Shown here piece after piece: positions 25,108 to 37,074 of a stretch of 64,000 bases of DNA; position 1 is the first letter of the stretch, and the number at the start of each line of letters is the position of its first letter. The translations under genes were made by a program, and so were the position numbers. The stretch covers positions 24,936,954 to 25,000,953 of the forward strand of contig CP154954.1 in the NCBI GenBank assembly GCA_039621445.1, in the 5' to 3' direction. The stretch is from Euglena gracilis (lineage: Eukaryota). Under the pieces are notes generated by a model. It was not told where the DNA came from. It saw nothing but the letters and a program-made list of their open reading frames with translations, and searched no databases.

Positions 25108-25439
25108 TCAAAATTCGGAATTTACACATGAAATTAGGAATTTCCTCCTCGAACTAGGAATTTGTCTCTCAAAATTCGGAACTGGCACGCCAAATTAGGC
25201 ATTTGCTACCCATATGAGACAGACAACCTGACCCAGCTTCCGTCACGTCGTCGGCCAGCCGTCGGCCAGCCGTCGACCAGCCGTGTGCTCCCCCTGGAGT
25301 GGTTTGCTTTGTTGTGGTCGGCTGCACTGTTTGCCAACAGCAGGCTTTTGTGTTTGCCCTTTTTGTTTCATTTTTTCCCCTCGTGTAGGTTTTCATGTCA
25401 ACAACAGTTGTGTCCTTCCCCCGCTCCGCTTCAAAGGAG

Positions 25440-26460
25440 CAGCGCGGCTTTTCGGAAGCACCAAAGAGCGTGCAGGGTTTCCCACCCTAGCTTTGACACA
25501 AATTCGGCCGAGGAGGGGATATGCACCAAGGTGCCCGGAGTGTCTTGGGAAATTTCTTCCCAAGATGGTTGCAATGGTGGCAGGGTTGCGAGAAGGGAGT
25601 GACTCTGTGGCCCAAAACCATAGTGGGCCGGCCTGTTTTTTTTGACGTTGTTTTTTTGTTTTTTTAAATTCTAACAATGCTTTTTTAAAAAAAAGAAAAA
25701 AAAGTGCCCAGTGGGTTTTGCATGGAAAATTTTTTGACTGCACATTTTCAATGATTTTTGGCAACTTCTGGGTAATTTCTGCCAAAAACTTCCTTCCACA
25801 AAAATGAAAAATGTCATAAAATTCCATTTTTGTTGCATTTTTGGATGTTTTTGACCATTTTTGGCAGTTTTTGAACTTAGCAGGATTCAAAGTATGGTTT
25901 GGGAGTTTCATAACGAGTTTTTTCAATGAAAGTTTCCTTTTGTTTTTTTTGATGTTTTTTTTACTGTTTTTTTAAAAAAAACACGTTGTCTTTTTTAAAA
26001 AAAAAAAACAAAAAAAATGCCCACTATGCCCAAAACCATGAATTTTGGCAATCGTTGAGCGTACCCGGGACTCTAGTCCGTCAATGACCATGATTTGTTC
26101 AGCTGCAGATGCCCCGGGGTCCCCGTTCAAATGGGGAAAGGGCATGATGGCCTGGAGCAGGCGAGAAAAGCGGCGCCGAGAGCACTGGGAACCAAGATCC
26201 GCAGAGTGGTTGTTCCATTTGAGGCGAGCAAGAGCTTTGCGAGGCTGAGACCATTTGGACGTCCTCCTGCTGGGGGCAGGATTCTGTGGGGCCTGGGTTG
26301 CTTTCCATGTCGGCACAACTGGCAAAGCTTTTGCCCCTTCCAAAGCGGCGGGGGGTGGTGCCGTAAACAAGCAGCAGGGGGGTTGTGCCATATTGTGTAT
26401 TCTTATGGTCCTTCAAAGTGGCATTCGGCTGGTCAGATTGCTGTCTGCTATGGCCTTCCA
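25440..26460 (-). pseudogene. Degenerate 5' part of another CRE-like element with 2A-like motif (26288-26341)
   Basis: GRGKSFASCADMESNPGP; downstream RVRSTIAKIH..PKTLRAPW..GGK resembles CRE2 TVSIIP..ETLHALW..GGR. Confidence 0.55.
25619..26028. mobile_element. Intact CATAGTGGGC MITE
   Basis: Exact 8-bp TSD cccaaaac; 10-bp TIR. Confidence 0.9.
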
Positions 26461-27049
26461 CTGAGGATTTAGGAGAGAGGGGGGTTGCGTCCAACAGGAT
26501 GGGGCCAATTGGGGCCAGATTTTCTGGAAATGTCTGGGGGGCTGGGCCCAGCAGGCTGGGGTAAAATGGGGCCGGACGTTTTGGCCAAAAGTTTTTGAAA
26601 TATGAGGGGGGATGGGTCCAAAAGGCTGGGGCAAAATGGGGCCAGCAGTTTTGGAAATGTCTGGGCGGCTGGGGGGGTAGCTACATCCTGGGGGGGGGGG
26701 GTAGTGGGGGTCGACCATGGTCCACCCACGGTCGCCCTCGGTCGCCCTCGGTCGTGGGGGTCGACCGAGGCCAGGCCGTATTCGGTCGTGGGGGTCGACC
26801 GAGGGCGACCATGGTCGACCCCCACCCCATGACAGGAACCCCCCCCCTTTTCAGGGGCGACCATGGTCGACCCCCACCCCACGACGGGAAACCCCACCCC
26901 CTTTTGAAGGGCGACCATGGTCGACCCCCACCCCACGACGGGAAACCCCCCCCTTTTGAAGGGCGACCATGGTCGACCCCCACCCCACGACGGGAAACCC
27001 CCCTTTTTGAAGGGAGACCATTCGACCCCCACCCCAAGACATGCCCCCC

Positions 27050-29648
27050 AAAACGGGTGGGCAACAAAAGGGATATGCCCCCCAAATGAGTTGGGCAACA
27101 AAAGGGATTTGCCCCCCAAAACGGGTGGGTAACACAAGGGATTTTGTTATTTTGGGGCGCTCGAACAGTTGGGCCACAAAAGGGATTTGCCCCCCAAAAC
27201 GGGTGGGTAACACAAGGGATTTTGTTATTTTGGCGCCCTGGAACAGTTGGGCAGCAAAAGGGATTTGCCCCCCAAACCGGGTGGGTAACACAAGGGATTT
27301 TGTTATTTTGGGGCCCTCGAACAGTTGGGCAGCAAAAGGGATTTGCCCCCCAAAACGGGTGGGTAACACAAGGGATTTTGTTATTTTGGGGCCCTGGAAC
27401 AGTTGGGCAACAGAAGGGATTTGCCCCCCAAAACGGGTGGGTAACACAAGGGATTTTGTTATTTTGGGGCCCTGGAACAGTTGGGCAACAGAAGGGATTT
27501 GCCCCCCAAAACGGGTGGGTAACACAAGGGATTTTGTTATTTTGGGGCTCTCGAACAGTTGGGCAACAAAAGGGATTTGCCCCCCAAATCAGTTGGGCAA
27601 CAAAAGGGATTTGCCCCCCCAAACGGGTGGGTAACACAAGGGATTTTGTCATTTTGGGGCCCTGGAACAGTTGGGCAACAAAAGGGATTTGCCCCCCAAA
27701 TCAGTTGGGCAACAAAAGGGATTTGCCCCCCAAAACGGGTGGGTAACACAAGGGATTTTGTTATTTTGGGGCCCTCGAACAGTTGGGCAACAAAAGGGAT
27801 TTGCCCCCCAAATCAGTTGGGCAACAAAAGGGATTTGCCCCCCCAAACGGGTGGGTAACACAAGGGATTTTGTTATTTTGGGGCCCTCGGACAGTTGGGC
27901 AGCAAAAGGGATTTGCCCCACAAAACGGGTGGGTAACACAAGGGATTTTGTTATTTTGGCGCCCTGGAACAGTTGGGCAACAAAAGGGATTTGCCCCCCA
28001 AATCAGTTGGGCAACAAAAGGGATTTGCCCCCCAAAACGGGTGGGTAACACAAGGGATTTTGTTATTTTGGGGCCCTCGAACAGTTGGGCAACAAAAGGG
28101 ATTTGCCCCCCAAATCAGTTGGGCAACAAAAGGGATTTGCCCCCCAAAACGGGTGGGTAACACAAGGGATTTTGTTATTTTGGGGCCCTGGAACAGTTGG
28201 GCAGCAAAAGGGATTTGCCCCCCAAAACGGGTGGGTAACACAAGGGATTTTGTTATTTTGGGGCCCTGGAACAGTTGGGCAACAAAGGGGATTTGCCCCC
28301 CAAAACGGGTGGGTAACAAAAGGGATTTGCCCCCCAAAACGGGTGGGTAACACAAGGTATTTTGTTATTTTGGGGCCCTCGAACAGTTGGGCAACAAAAG
28401 GGATTTGCCCCCCAAATCAGTTGGGCAACAAAAGGGATCTGCCCCCCAAAACGGGTGGGTAACACAAGGGATTTTGTTATTTTGGGGCCCTCGAACAGTT
28501 GGGCAGCAAAAGGGATTTGCCCCCCAAAACGGGTGGGTAACACAAGGGATTTTGTTATTTTGGGGCCCTCGAACAGTTGGGCAGCAAAAGGGATTTGCCC
28601 CCCAAAACGGGTGGGTAACACAAGGGATTTTGTTATTTTGGGGCCCTGGAACAGTTGGGCAACAAAGGGGATTTGCCCCCCAAAACGGGTGGGTAACACA
28701 AGGGATTTTGTTATTTTGGGGCCCTGGAACAGTTGGGCAACAAAAGGGATTTGCCCCCCAAATCAGTTGGGCAACAAAAGGGATTTGCCCCCCAAAACGG
28801 GTGGGTAACACAAGGGATTTTGTTATTTTGGGGCCCTCGAACAGTTGGGCAACAAAAGGGATTTGCCCCCCAAATCAGTTGGGCAACAAAAGGGATTTGC
28901 CCCCCAAAACGGGTGGGTAACACAAGGGATTTTGTTATTTTGGGGCCCTGGAACAGTTGGGCAGCAAAGGGGATTTGCCCCCCAAAACGGGTGGGTAACA
29001 CAAGGGATTTTGTTATTTTGGGGCCCTCGAACAGTTGGGTAGCAAAAGGTATTTGCCCCCCAAAACGGGTGGGTAACACAAGGGATTTTGTTATTTTGGG
29101 GCCCTCGAACAGTTGGGCAACAAAAGGGATTTGCCCCCCAAATCAGTTGGGCAACAAAAGGGATTTGCCCCCCAAAACGGGTGGGTAACACAAGGGATTT
29201 TGTTATTTTGGGGCCCTCGAACAGTTGGGCAGCAAAAGGGATTTGCCCCCCAAAACGGGTGGGTAACACAAGGGATTTTGTTATTTTGGGGCCCTGGAAC
29301 AGTTGGGCAACAAAAGGGATTTGCCCCCCAAATCAGTTGGGCAACAAAAGGGATTTGCCCCCCAAAACGGGTGGGTAACACAAGGGATTTTGTTATTTTG
29401 GGGCCCTCGAACAGTTGGGCAGCAAAAGGGATTTGCCCCCCAAAACGGGTGGGTAACACAAGGGATTTTGTTATTTTGGGGCCCTCGAACAGTTGGGCAA
29501 CAAAAGGGATTTGCCCCCCAAATCAGTTGGGCAACAAAAGGGATTTGCCCCCCAAAACGGGTGGGTAACACAAGGGATTTTGTTATTTTGGGGCCCTCGA
29601 ACAGTTGGGCAGCAAAAGGGATTTGCCCCCCAAAACGGGTGGGTAACT
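27050..29648. repeat. Homogeneous satellite: 78-bp units with optional 34-bp subunit (112-bp variant)
   Basis: aacagttgggcaacaaaagggatttgccccccaaaacgggtgggtaacacaagggattttgttattttggggccctcg, with or without atcagttgggcaacaaaagggatttgccccccaa. Confidence 0.95.
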
Positions 29649-29847
29649 CAAGGGTCGGGGTCGACCATGGTCGCCCCCCGATCAGGGGGGGGGGGTTTCC
29701 CGTCGTGGGGTGGGGGTCGACCATGGTCGCCCTTCAAAAGGGGGCAAGACTGGGCAAATTTCACGATTTTTTATTTTTTCAGAAAATTTCAAAATTTTCA
29801 ATATTTTCAATATTTTCATTGAAAAAATGGGAGAATCCTAATAGGAA

Positions 29848-31835
29848 ATGCCCAAGCGGCCTATTCATACTTATGGGAACGATTTCGATGTTCTCACAAG
29901 GGACAAGCAATTGAAGGCGCTGACTGTAAGATGCAAGCACTGCCCCTGGGAAAGTGTCTTCAATATTACAAGAATGAAGGAGCACTTGGCATCAAAACAC
30001 GCAGAGGATGGTCCCAAGACAAAAAAACAATGCACGTTGTTTGCATACGCCGACCGATCATTTGGCCCCTCCCAGCAGGAGCGAACAACCAGCCTTCTGG
30101 CGATGCTGCAAGTGCACTATGGGCTGTCATTCTCTGCCGTGACCAGTATGGAAATGCAGAATCTTCTGAAGTATTTGCGGCCAGAGGTTCACGTGCCGTC
30201 CCGAAGGACATTGCAAAGACGAGTGGACGGCCTGTACCACAGCCTGAAGGACAAAGTGTATTCCTTTCTACAACAAGTGGAGAGTGTGTCTTTGATGATC
30301 GATGGGTGGGAGGACCACAACAAGTGTGAGTGCATCGCCGTCACTGCCAAGCCACTGAATCCATCCCTGCATCCTGTGCTGATCCGCTTCCATCGTATGA
30401 CCACCCGTGCGACAACAGAACAGTTGCATGAATGTTTGGAGGTTTGCCATTTGTAATCGGCCCATCCAATTTGTCATCTTTGGTCAGGGCTGTGTACGAG
30501 ATCTTCTGTCTGCGGGTTGCAAAGTGGTGGCTGCATGTGCTGACAACGCCCGCAACATCCAAGGAGCTGTGAACACACTCAACAACAGCCACAGTTGTAT
30601 TCCACTCAACACTGCATGAAGCCCTGAATTAGACTGACAGAGCATGTGACCGAGTTCATTGTGTGGCTCAAAGGAGATGATGCCACGTTGGGGGCTGCGA
30701 TGCAGCGTTACATCGACTTACGCGGACATCTGGAAGAGGTGCTTGCAGACCTGCCGAGCAGTCTGCGAAAACATGGTCAGCACAGGCAACCACAGGTCAC
30801 CTTGGGCTTGGGCAGGGTTGGGTGCAATGCTCGTCCAGAAAAGGTTCCCTGGGGAAGTTTGTCTTTGTAGTATGCTAGTCCATGGTGCGTCCTGGAAATT
30901 GCATTGCCTGGTGTGGTTATGAGGTGTCTTTGTAGTACGTTTCTGTCTGTGGTGTGCATGGCCCCATCCTTCATCGAGGAACGCGACACGTTCTTCTTTC
31001 GGGACTGGAGCTGCCTGGCGTACATCATGGACCCGAACTACAGAGGTGCCCAGTTGGGTCCTCATCCAGGCACTTCCACATTGTCATCCCCATTGTCCTG
31101 AATTTGCACTTAAAATTTTTTTTGATTTCAGGCAGGGAAGCGGTTTCTGAAGCTGTGCCGTAATTCTTACTCTTTTTGTTTTGCATTCTTTTTGCCTTGC
31201 ATGACCTCTGCTGATCTGCTGTTGGGGGAACCTGAGCCTGACGGTTGAGGGACACATTGGCCTTCTTCCATGCGACGGCCTGGAAGACCGTCATGGGCGA
31301 CGCCGAAGCGCCCACTGCTGACGACATGTGCGACTATTTGAAGCTGGATGGAGTTTACTCTGTACCTCCTGGAATGCAGACCAGGGGCTTTCAGTTTACA
31401 GTTGACCCCCTAGCCTCTGCCGTAAAATTTGCAGCCCCCCCCCCCAGCCTCAGCCGTAAAGTTAGCAGCCCCCCCCCCCCCCCAGCCTCAGCCGTAAAGT
31501 TAGCAGCCCCCCCCCCAGCCTCAGCCGTAAAGTTAGCAGCCCCCCCCCCGCCCCAGCCGTAAAGTTAGCAGCCCCCCCCCCCCAGCCTCAGCCGTAAAGT
31601 TAGCAGCCCCCCCCCCCAGCCTCAGCCGTAAAGTTAGCAGCCCCCCCCCATCCTCGGCCATAAACCCCCTGCTGCAGACTGAGGGTTTGTCGGGGTACAA
31701 GTGGTGGGGCCTCTACAAGGACACGAACCTCAGTGCATTTGGCGCACTCCTGTGTGGTATACCGGCATCAGCAGCAGCAGTTGAAAGAGTCTGGTCTGTG
31801 GCAGGCCATCAGGTGGGTGATCGTGAATCGTTGGC
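29848..31835 (+). pseudogene. hAT transposase (BED finger, DDE, dimerisation domain), intron-containing, probably internally deleted
   Basis: RCKHC..MKEHLASKH; MIDGWED; GT-AG intron 30442-30487 joins CLE|GCV..ADNARNI; LAYIMDPNYRG; WW..IPASAAAVERVWS. A stop at ~30617 occurs where the CxxH motif is expected. Confidence 0.85.
31382..31671. mobile_element. CAGGGG...CCCCTG MITE inside transposase coding sequence
   Basis: TSD atgcagac / ctgcagac (7/8); internal ccagcctcagccgtaaagttagcag tandem repeats; removal gives PGMQTEGLSGYKWW. Confidence 0.8.
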
Positions 31836-34491
31836 AGGCCAGTCAAGGTGGCTCCTATGCCTTTTTTGGGGGGGTATTAACCCCTTCTTTTACGGTAAGG
31901 TTTGCTTTTGGATTGCCTGGCAAAAGCGTTGGACATTCTGGTGCAACTGGTTTATATTCACGCCAACTCATGGTTTTTTTCATTTGCGAGCGGTAACACC
32001 CCCTTCATTTACGGTAATGTTTGCCTTTGACGTGCCTGGCAACAACGTTGGAGAACCTGGTGCAAGAGGTTTTTATTCGCTTTAACTCCAGAGCTCTCCC
32101 CCCTGCTTTCCGTTTGTCGTTCTGAAGGTGTTTGTAAACACCTTCCAGTGGGATTTCCACTTTCAATGACAGTCGCCCAAAGACATGGTTTCGCATTTCC
32201 TTTTCTGCTTCCCCAAAAAAAGGAGGAAAAAAAAACATGTAGAACCACTGGAATGGAAAATGCAGAACCCATGTGGCCGCCCCCCCTCAAATAAAATACA
32301 CAAGTCCCAAGCCCTTCTTCAAACCTTAAAGGAAAAAGAAAAACCCTCCTGTGACCGAGAGAAAACACAAATCTTCGTTCCGTGCAATAGGGCCGACGAA
32401 GGAAATTCGTCTTCCATACTGAGGACGAATGAAATTTTTGAAAAAATGCGTGAAATTTTCAACGGCCGGCCATAAATTTCACGATGGAAAATTTTCACGA
32501 GCGAATTGAATGCCCAGTCTTGAAAGGGGGGGTTTCCCGTCGTGGGGTGGGGGTCGACCATGGTCGCCCTTCAAAAGGGGGGGGTTTCCCGTCGTGGGGT
32601 GGGGGTCGACCATGGTCGCCCTTCAAAAGGGGGAGGTTTCCCGTCGTGGGGTGGGGGTCGACCATGGTCGCCCCCCTTCCGGGGGGGGTTTCCCGTCGTG
32701 GGGTGGGGGTCGACCATGGTCGCCCCCCTACTGGGGGGGTTTCCCGTCATGGGGTGGGGGTCGACCATGGTCACCCTCGGTCGACCCCCAGGGTCGCCTC
32801 TGTCGACCCTCCCCACTACCCCCCCCCCCCCGACCGAGAGCGACCGAGGCGACCGTGGGTCGACCATGGTCGACCCCCACTACCCCCCCCCCCAGTCCAG
32901 ATCCGGGAGCCGGGCGGCTGGGTCCAGCAGGCTGGGGTAAAATGGGGCCGGACGTTTTGGCCAGAAGATTTTGAAATATGAGGGGGGGATGGGTCCAGAA
33001 GGTTGGGGCAAAATGGGGCCAGAAGTTTTGGAAATGTCTGGGGGGCTTGGTCCAGCAGGCTGGGGCACAATGGGGTCAGAAGTTTTTGAAATATGAGGGG
33101 GGGATGGGTCCATCAAGCCGGGGAAAAATGGGGCCAGCAGTTTTTGGAAATGTCTGGGCCGCTGGGTCCAGCAGGCTGGGTCAAAATGGGCCAGAAGTTT
33201 TGGAAATGTCTGGGGCCGGGTCCAGCAGGCTGAGGCAAAATGGGGCCACACATTTTGGAAATGTCTGGGGGGCTGGGTCCAGCAGTTTGAGGCACCCCCA
33301 TCAGATTGGAATGAATGGGGACCAGTTTTGGGGACTTGCAATCAAAATTGCAACAAGACTTCCAGACTGAGTGTAAAGCAAAAACAAAAGAAAAAGCAAC
33401 AGAGAGAGAGAGAGAAAGTTGCACTTAATAATGGTGCTTTGTGGGCCTTTTCAGGCCACAGGTTGTCCATGGACTGCAGGGCCTTTTCAGGCCACCGCAT
33501 GGATTGCAGGGCCTTTTCAGGCCACTGTGTAGACCAAATGTCAAAGTGACCAAGTAGCACGTGCTGCTGAAAAGTTGATAAACCAAGGAATACTTGTGGC
33601 GTGGAGATTGCTCAGTGCAAATTTGAGTCTTGGGTCGCAACTGCCAGTGAAAAAAACGAAAGAAATCAGCCAGACCAGGCCTACGTCAGAGTCAATTAGG
33701 AATTTCGGGAGGTTATTTGTCTGGTTCGCTAAGACCAAGTGTGAGGCTATTCTTAATTTTAAAAGTTTTCCCACGAGGCCCAAGAGGGACGAGGGCACGT
33801 TCTGGGTGAAGCTGTGATATCCCTTCACCAAAAATCGTTTCATTCTGCTTCGAACAAGAGCATCAATGTGTCTGGTGCGGAATTATTTTTTTGCATCTGC
33901 GTCGTCATTGGAACCTTTTTGGCCCATTTTTTCTTCTTCGAGAAGTTGAAACATTCATGGAAGACAATTGTCTGTTGACACCCCATTTGGGGGGGGTGGC
34001 GTTCAATGTGTGTTGTCCTCCATGGGGCCAAAATTTGGTCACTTTTTCAATAAAAAATATGAAAAGAGTCACTTTTTTTTGGCAGCTTTTTGGGTCGGGA
34101 TGGAGTTTTTTTAAAGTTTTTTTAAAGTTGGAAAAATCAGCACAATTGTTTTTGGGCCATTTTGGGCGTCAAAGAATTTTTCCCCTCAAACGGCGTGCCT
34201 GGTCCCCACACCCATGTTGATCCAAAATTATTGGCACAAAGTTTCAGAATTTTTGAGTAATGTGAAAACCCCAGCCCCCCCCCCCAGGGGATGGGGTTCA
34301 GGAGGGGATGGGGTTCAGGGGGTGCTGACTCAAAACGTGTCGGAAATTTTCAGTTCCAGTCGGTTTCACCTGACTCAACCTGACCCAAAAACCTTCAAGT
34401 TTTTTTTGGCCAAGAACCCCCCCCCCCCGCTTCCATTCAAGGATGTTGTTTCCTTCACTGAATTTGGACACCATTCGCCGGAAAGGATGGC

Positions 34492-34508
34492 TGTCTTTTT
34501 TTTTCTAG
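34492..34508 (+). promoter_or_regulatory. Polypyrimidine tract + AG; candidate spliced-leader trans-splice acceptor
   Basis: gtc(t)9ctag ends 5 nt upstream of ATG 34514. Confidence 0.55.
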
Positions 34509-34513
34509 GTGAG

Positions 34514-34883
34514 ATGGCTTTCACCGCAAAGCGTGAGCATCACCCAGCATTGCCCCTATACCTTTTGACTGATGCTCTTCTCTTCCTTGCCATCCTCCTT
34601 GGATTCATCGCACTGTTTGTGCCTTGGGCTCAAAAAGACGTCGCTGTTGGTTATCGTGCTTTTTCGTACCCATTCAAGACGTGCTATGTGCCAACAACCA
34701 GTCCAGTGCATCAAGAAACTTGCATGGACAATGACTTTATTGCTGGCCCAAAGGGAGCTCCTGTGACAGCTGGTGACGCCACTTGCAAGACATTCATCAT
34801 CACGGCTATCGCCCTGGGATTTTGCGGAGTGTTTGGTGGATTTTTAGTTTTCTTGTTTCTGATCTGGGTGATCGTCAGGCTTT
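34514..34883 (+). CDS. Amastin/claudin-like four-TM protein, exon 1
   Basis: MAFTAKREHH..LLFLAILLGFIALFVPW (TM1), Cys-containing loop, TM2 FIITAIALGFCGVFGGFLVFLFLIWVIVRL. Confidence 0.8.
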
Positions 34884-36063
34884 GGGCAGGCTATTCCCTG
34901 CAAGGGACAGGAGCAACTCATTCGGACTGTTCCGTTGGTTCATACTCGGAAGTGCATCAACTCCGTTAGTCAATCGGGTATTTGTTCGCTGCTCGACCCC
35001 CACCCAAAATTTTTCGGTACTTATCTGTTATCGCACGACACCTTATTTTTTGGTTTCGCACGACACCTTGTTTTTAGTTCTATGGGGTTATTTAAGGAGT
35101 AGGGTTAGGTGCGCACAGGCCATGTAGCGCAACATGGCCTGTGCGCACCTAACCCTACTCCTTAAATAACCCAATATTAACCCAAAAAAAAAAGGGCGTC
35201 GTGCGATAACCAAAATAAGGTGTCGTGCGATAACAGATAAGTACCAATTTTTCAAGTCGTCAGGTTATTTGAAGGAGTAGGGTTAGGGCGACATGGCCAT
35301 GCTCGACGCCCCTTCGACGCCTCACCCGGGTCCCCCATGTTTTTAGCTCCAGTTGGGCGGCTCTTTGGGTTCGCTGGAGACACCAATCTAACAACGTTGA
35401 GCGGGAAATGTTCTGCTGTTTGCATAAGAATTGTAACCCCAACCCTGCTCCTTCAAAGAACGGCAGAAAATCTTTTTGGCCACGGGAAAACACCATCAGC
35501 AAACTTTGTTGCCTTTGGTTGGACTGGCGGGGATGCCCCCCCCCCGCACCATATATACTGTAATAGCCCTTCTTTATGTTTGGCAAGGGTCTGGATGTTT
35601 CTGAATTGGAAAACTACAGAAGTCGTTTCAATCGACCACATGGTCGGCCTGACCACCATTTGGGGGGTGTTACCCCCACGTCCCCCCCCCCGCGTCCCAC
35701 CCCCGTCCTTTTGGTCGACCAAAGGAAAATTTGGGTGACGCCAAAGAAAACGTGCGGGGGTGGTTGGGCCACGGTTCCCCCCCCGGGTCCCATAACTGAT
35801 GCCCCCCTTCTGAAGCAGCCAAAACGGGCAGGCACATTGAGCAATTTTGAAAATTTTAAAAGTTCCTGAGAAAGCCAATCCCCTGAACGTCCAAGTGCAA
35901 TGAAATTTGGAAGGTGAAATAGGGCTCCAATTCCACGTCCATACAAAGTTTGGCCAGTTTTGGACATGGGGGGTCATTATGGGGGGTATAAATTGACAGG
36001 GCGCCGAGCAATGCACGCGTTGCCTTCTTGCTGCTTCTTTCCTTTTGTGAGTTGCCTGGTGCT
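34884..36063 (+). other. Nonconventional intron 1 (1180 nt)
   Basis: ggg-CAG...CTG-gtgct|g; CAGGC/GCCTG and GCAACTCA/TGAGTTGC pairing; in-frame join RLW-YRPIK. Confidence 0.75.
35016..35245. mobile_element. Almost fully palindromic MITE with GGTAC termini (Merlin-like)
   Basis: Exact 8-bp TSD aatttttc; arms of ~113 nt with a few-nt loop. Confidence 0.8.
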
Positions 36064-36284
36064 GGTATCGCCCCATCAAATCTGCCATTGGTGCACAGAT
36101 CTGCATCATTCTTGCTTGCATCTGCTGTGCATTGTGTTGGATACTTTTCATCTGCTATGCCGAACGCACGTGCCGACCCTACACAATCTTCCCTGTGAAG
36201 GGTTATTCTTATGGGTTCATCCTCTTTATATTTGCAACAGCGCTGTCCCTCGCCTCGGTTGTGACAGGTTTCATGGCCTTGATG
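36064..36284 (+). CDS. Amastin/claudin-like protein, exon 2
   Basis: YRPIKSAIGAQICIILACICCALCWILFICY (TM3)..GYSYGFILFIFATALSLASVVTGFMALM (TM4). Confidence 0.8.
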
Positions 36285-37074
36285 GATCAGGGGCTGGAGC
36301 ACCGCCTTAAGATTGCAAGCTAACCCCCCCCCCAAATAACCTGGCGGGGTGCCAGGTTATTGGAACCAACTTTTGTCCCTGCCCCCCCCCCCCGAGCATC
36401 AAAAAGGAATTTTGCCTGGAACCATATTTTTTGCCCTTCCCCCCGCCAAGTTATTCGGCCCCTGCCACGAGCAAGGACCCCGCCAGGTTATTTGGGGATA
36501 ATTTTTTGCCAGTGTTTCTGAATTTTTATTTGTTGGCCCAAGCATGCAGTCACTAAAAAATCATTGGCAGGTGGCCGATGATCCCCCTCATAGGAACAAG
36601 AACATGGGGGGACAGGCTGCTTCCTTTTTTTTAATTTACCGCGGAGTACCCAAGGTGGTTCCAGGCAAGACATCCAAAGGCCTTTTTAAAAAACTCAGAA
36701 GCCCCTCCCCCCCGAGAAGGATGGGTGGGCAGGCTTGGGAACTGCCCCTCGGGGGGGGGGACCCAGGGTGCCAGACCCTTTTGCCGGAGTGTCATGGCTA
36801 AACTTATGTATGTTTGCCCCAAGCCCAAATATTTTTGCCACCCGTCCCTGGTATTTTTGCCACCCCATCTAAATATTTTCGCCCCCCGTGTACACCTTTC
36901 TGCCCCCTGTTTCATTTTTTTTGCCCCAAAGAGCCACAATGTCCAGTCAAAATGGTTCTGATTCCAGAGCCAGAGGCAGGTTGAAAGGGCATTACAATTT
37001 GCTGAATGTTGAACACCATTTCTGCTGCATATCAGTAGCGATTTTTTTTACTCAAAGCAGCCTGATTTCTATAC

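Larger units (their letters stand above)
29745..32522 (+). mobile_element. hAT DNA transposon
   Basis: 12-bp TIR CAAGACTGGGCA; exact 8-bp TSD aaaggggg; encodes a transposase. Confidence 0.92.
26688..32895. mobile_element. Foldback-type element with long modular inverted arms
   Basis: Left arm (26688-27035) tandem ~52-bp units built on GTCGACCATGGTCGAC; inverted right arm at 29655-29744 + 32531-32895; flanks share gggcggctggg. Confidence 0.75.
26480..33335. repeat. ~60-bp diverged tandem array (gctgggtccagcaggctggggcaaaatggggcc...) split by the foldback element
   Basis: Units at ~26480-26670 and ~32910-33335. Confidence 0.75.

Noticed and set aside
27050-29648. CRISPR-like periodic array and its many repetitive ORFs
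   Set aside because: No unique spacers and no cas genes; ORFs stay open only because 78 is a multiple of 3.
31374-31686. Alternative intron boundaries atg-CAG...CTG-agggt (PPG|LSGY)
   Set aside because: Also in frame, but poorly paired and with no TSD; the 31382-31671 MITE with a 7/8 TSD explains the region better.
34214-34969. 251-aa ORF taken as the complete gene
   Set aside because: The first 100 codons are repeat-like sequence upstream of the AG acceptor, and the tail reads into intron 1.
35098-35158. Telomeric repeat
   Set aside because: Fewer than two TTAGGG units, inside a MITE arm.
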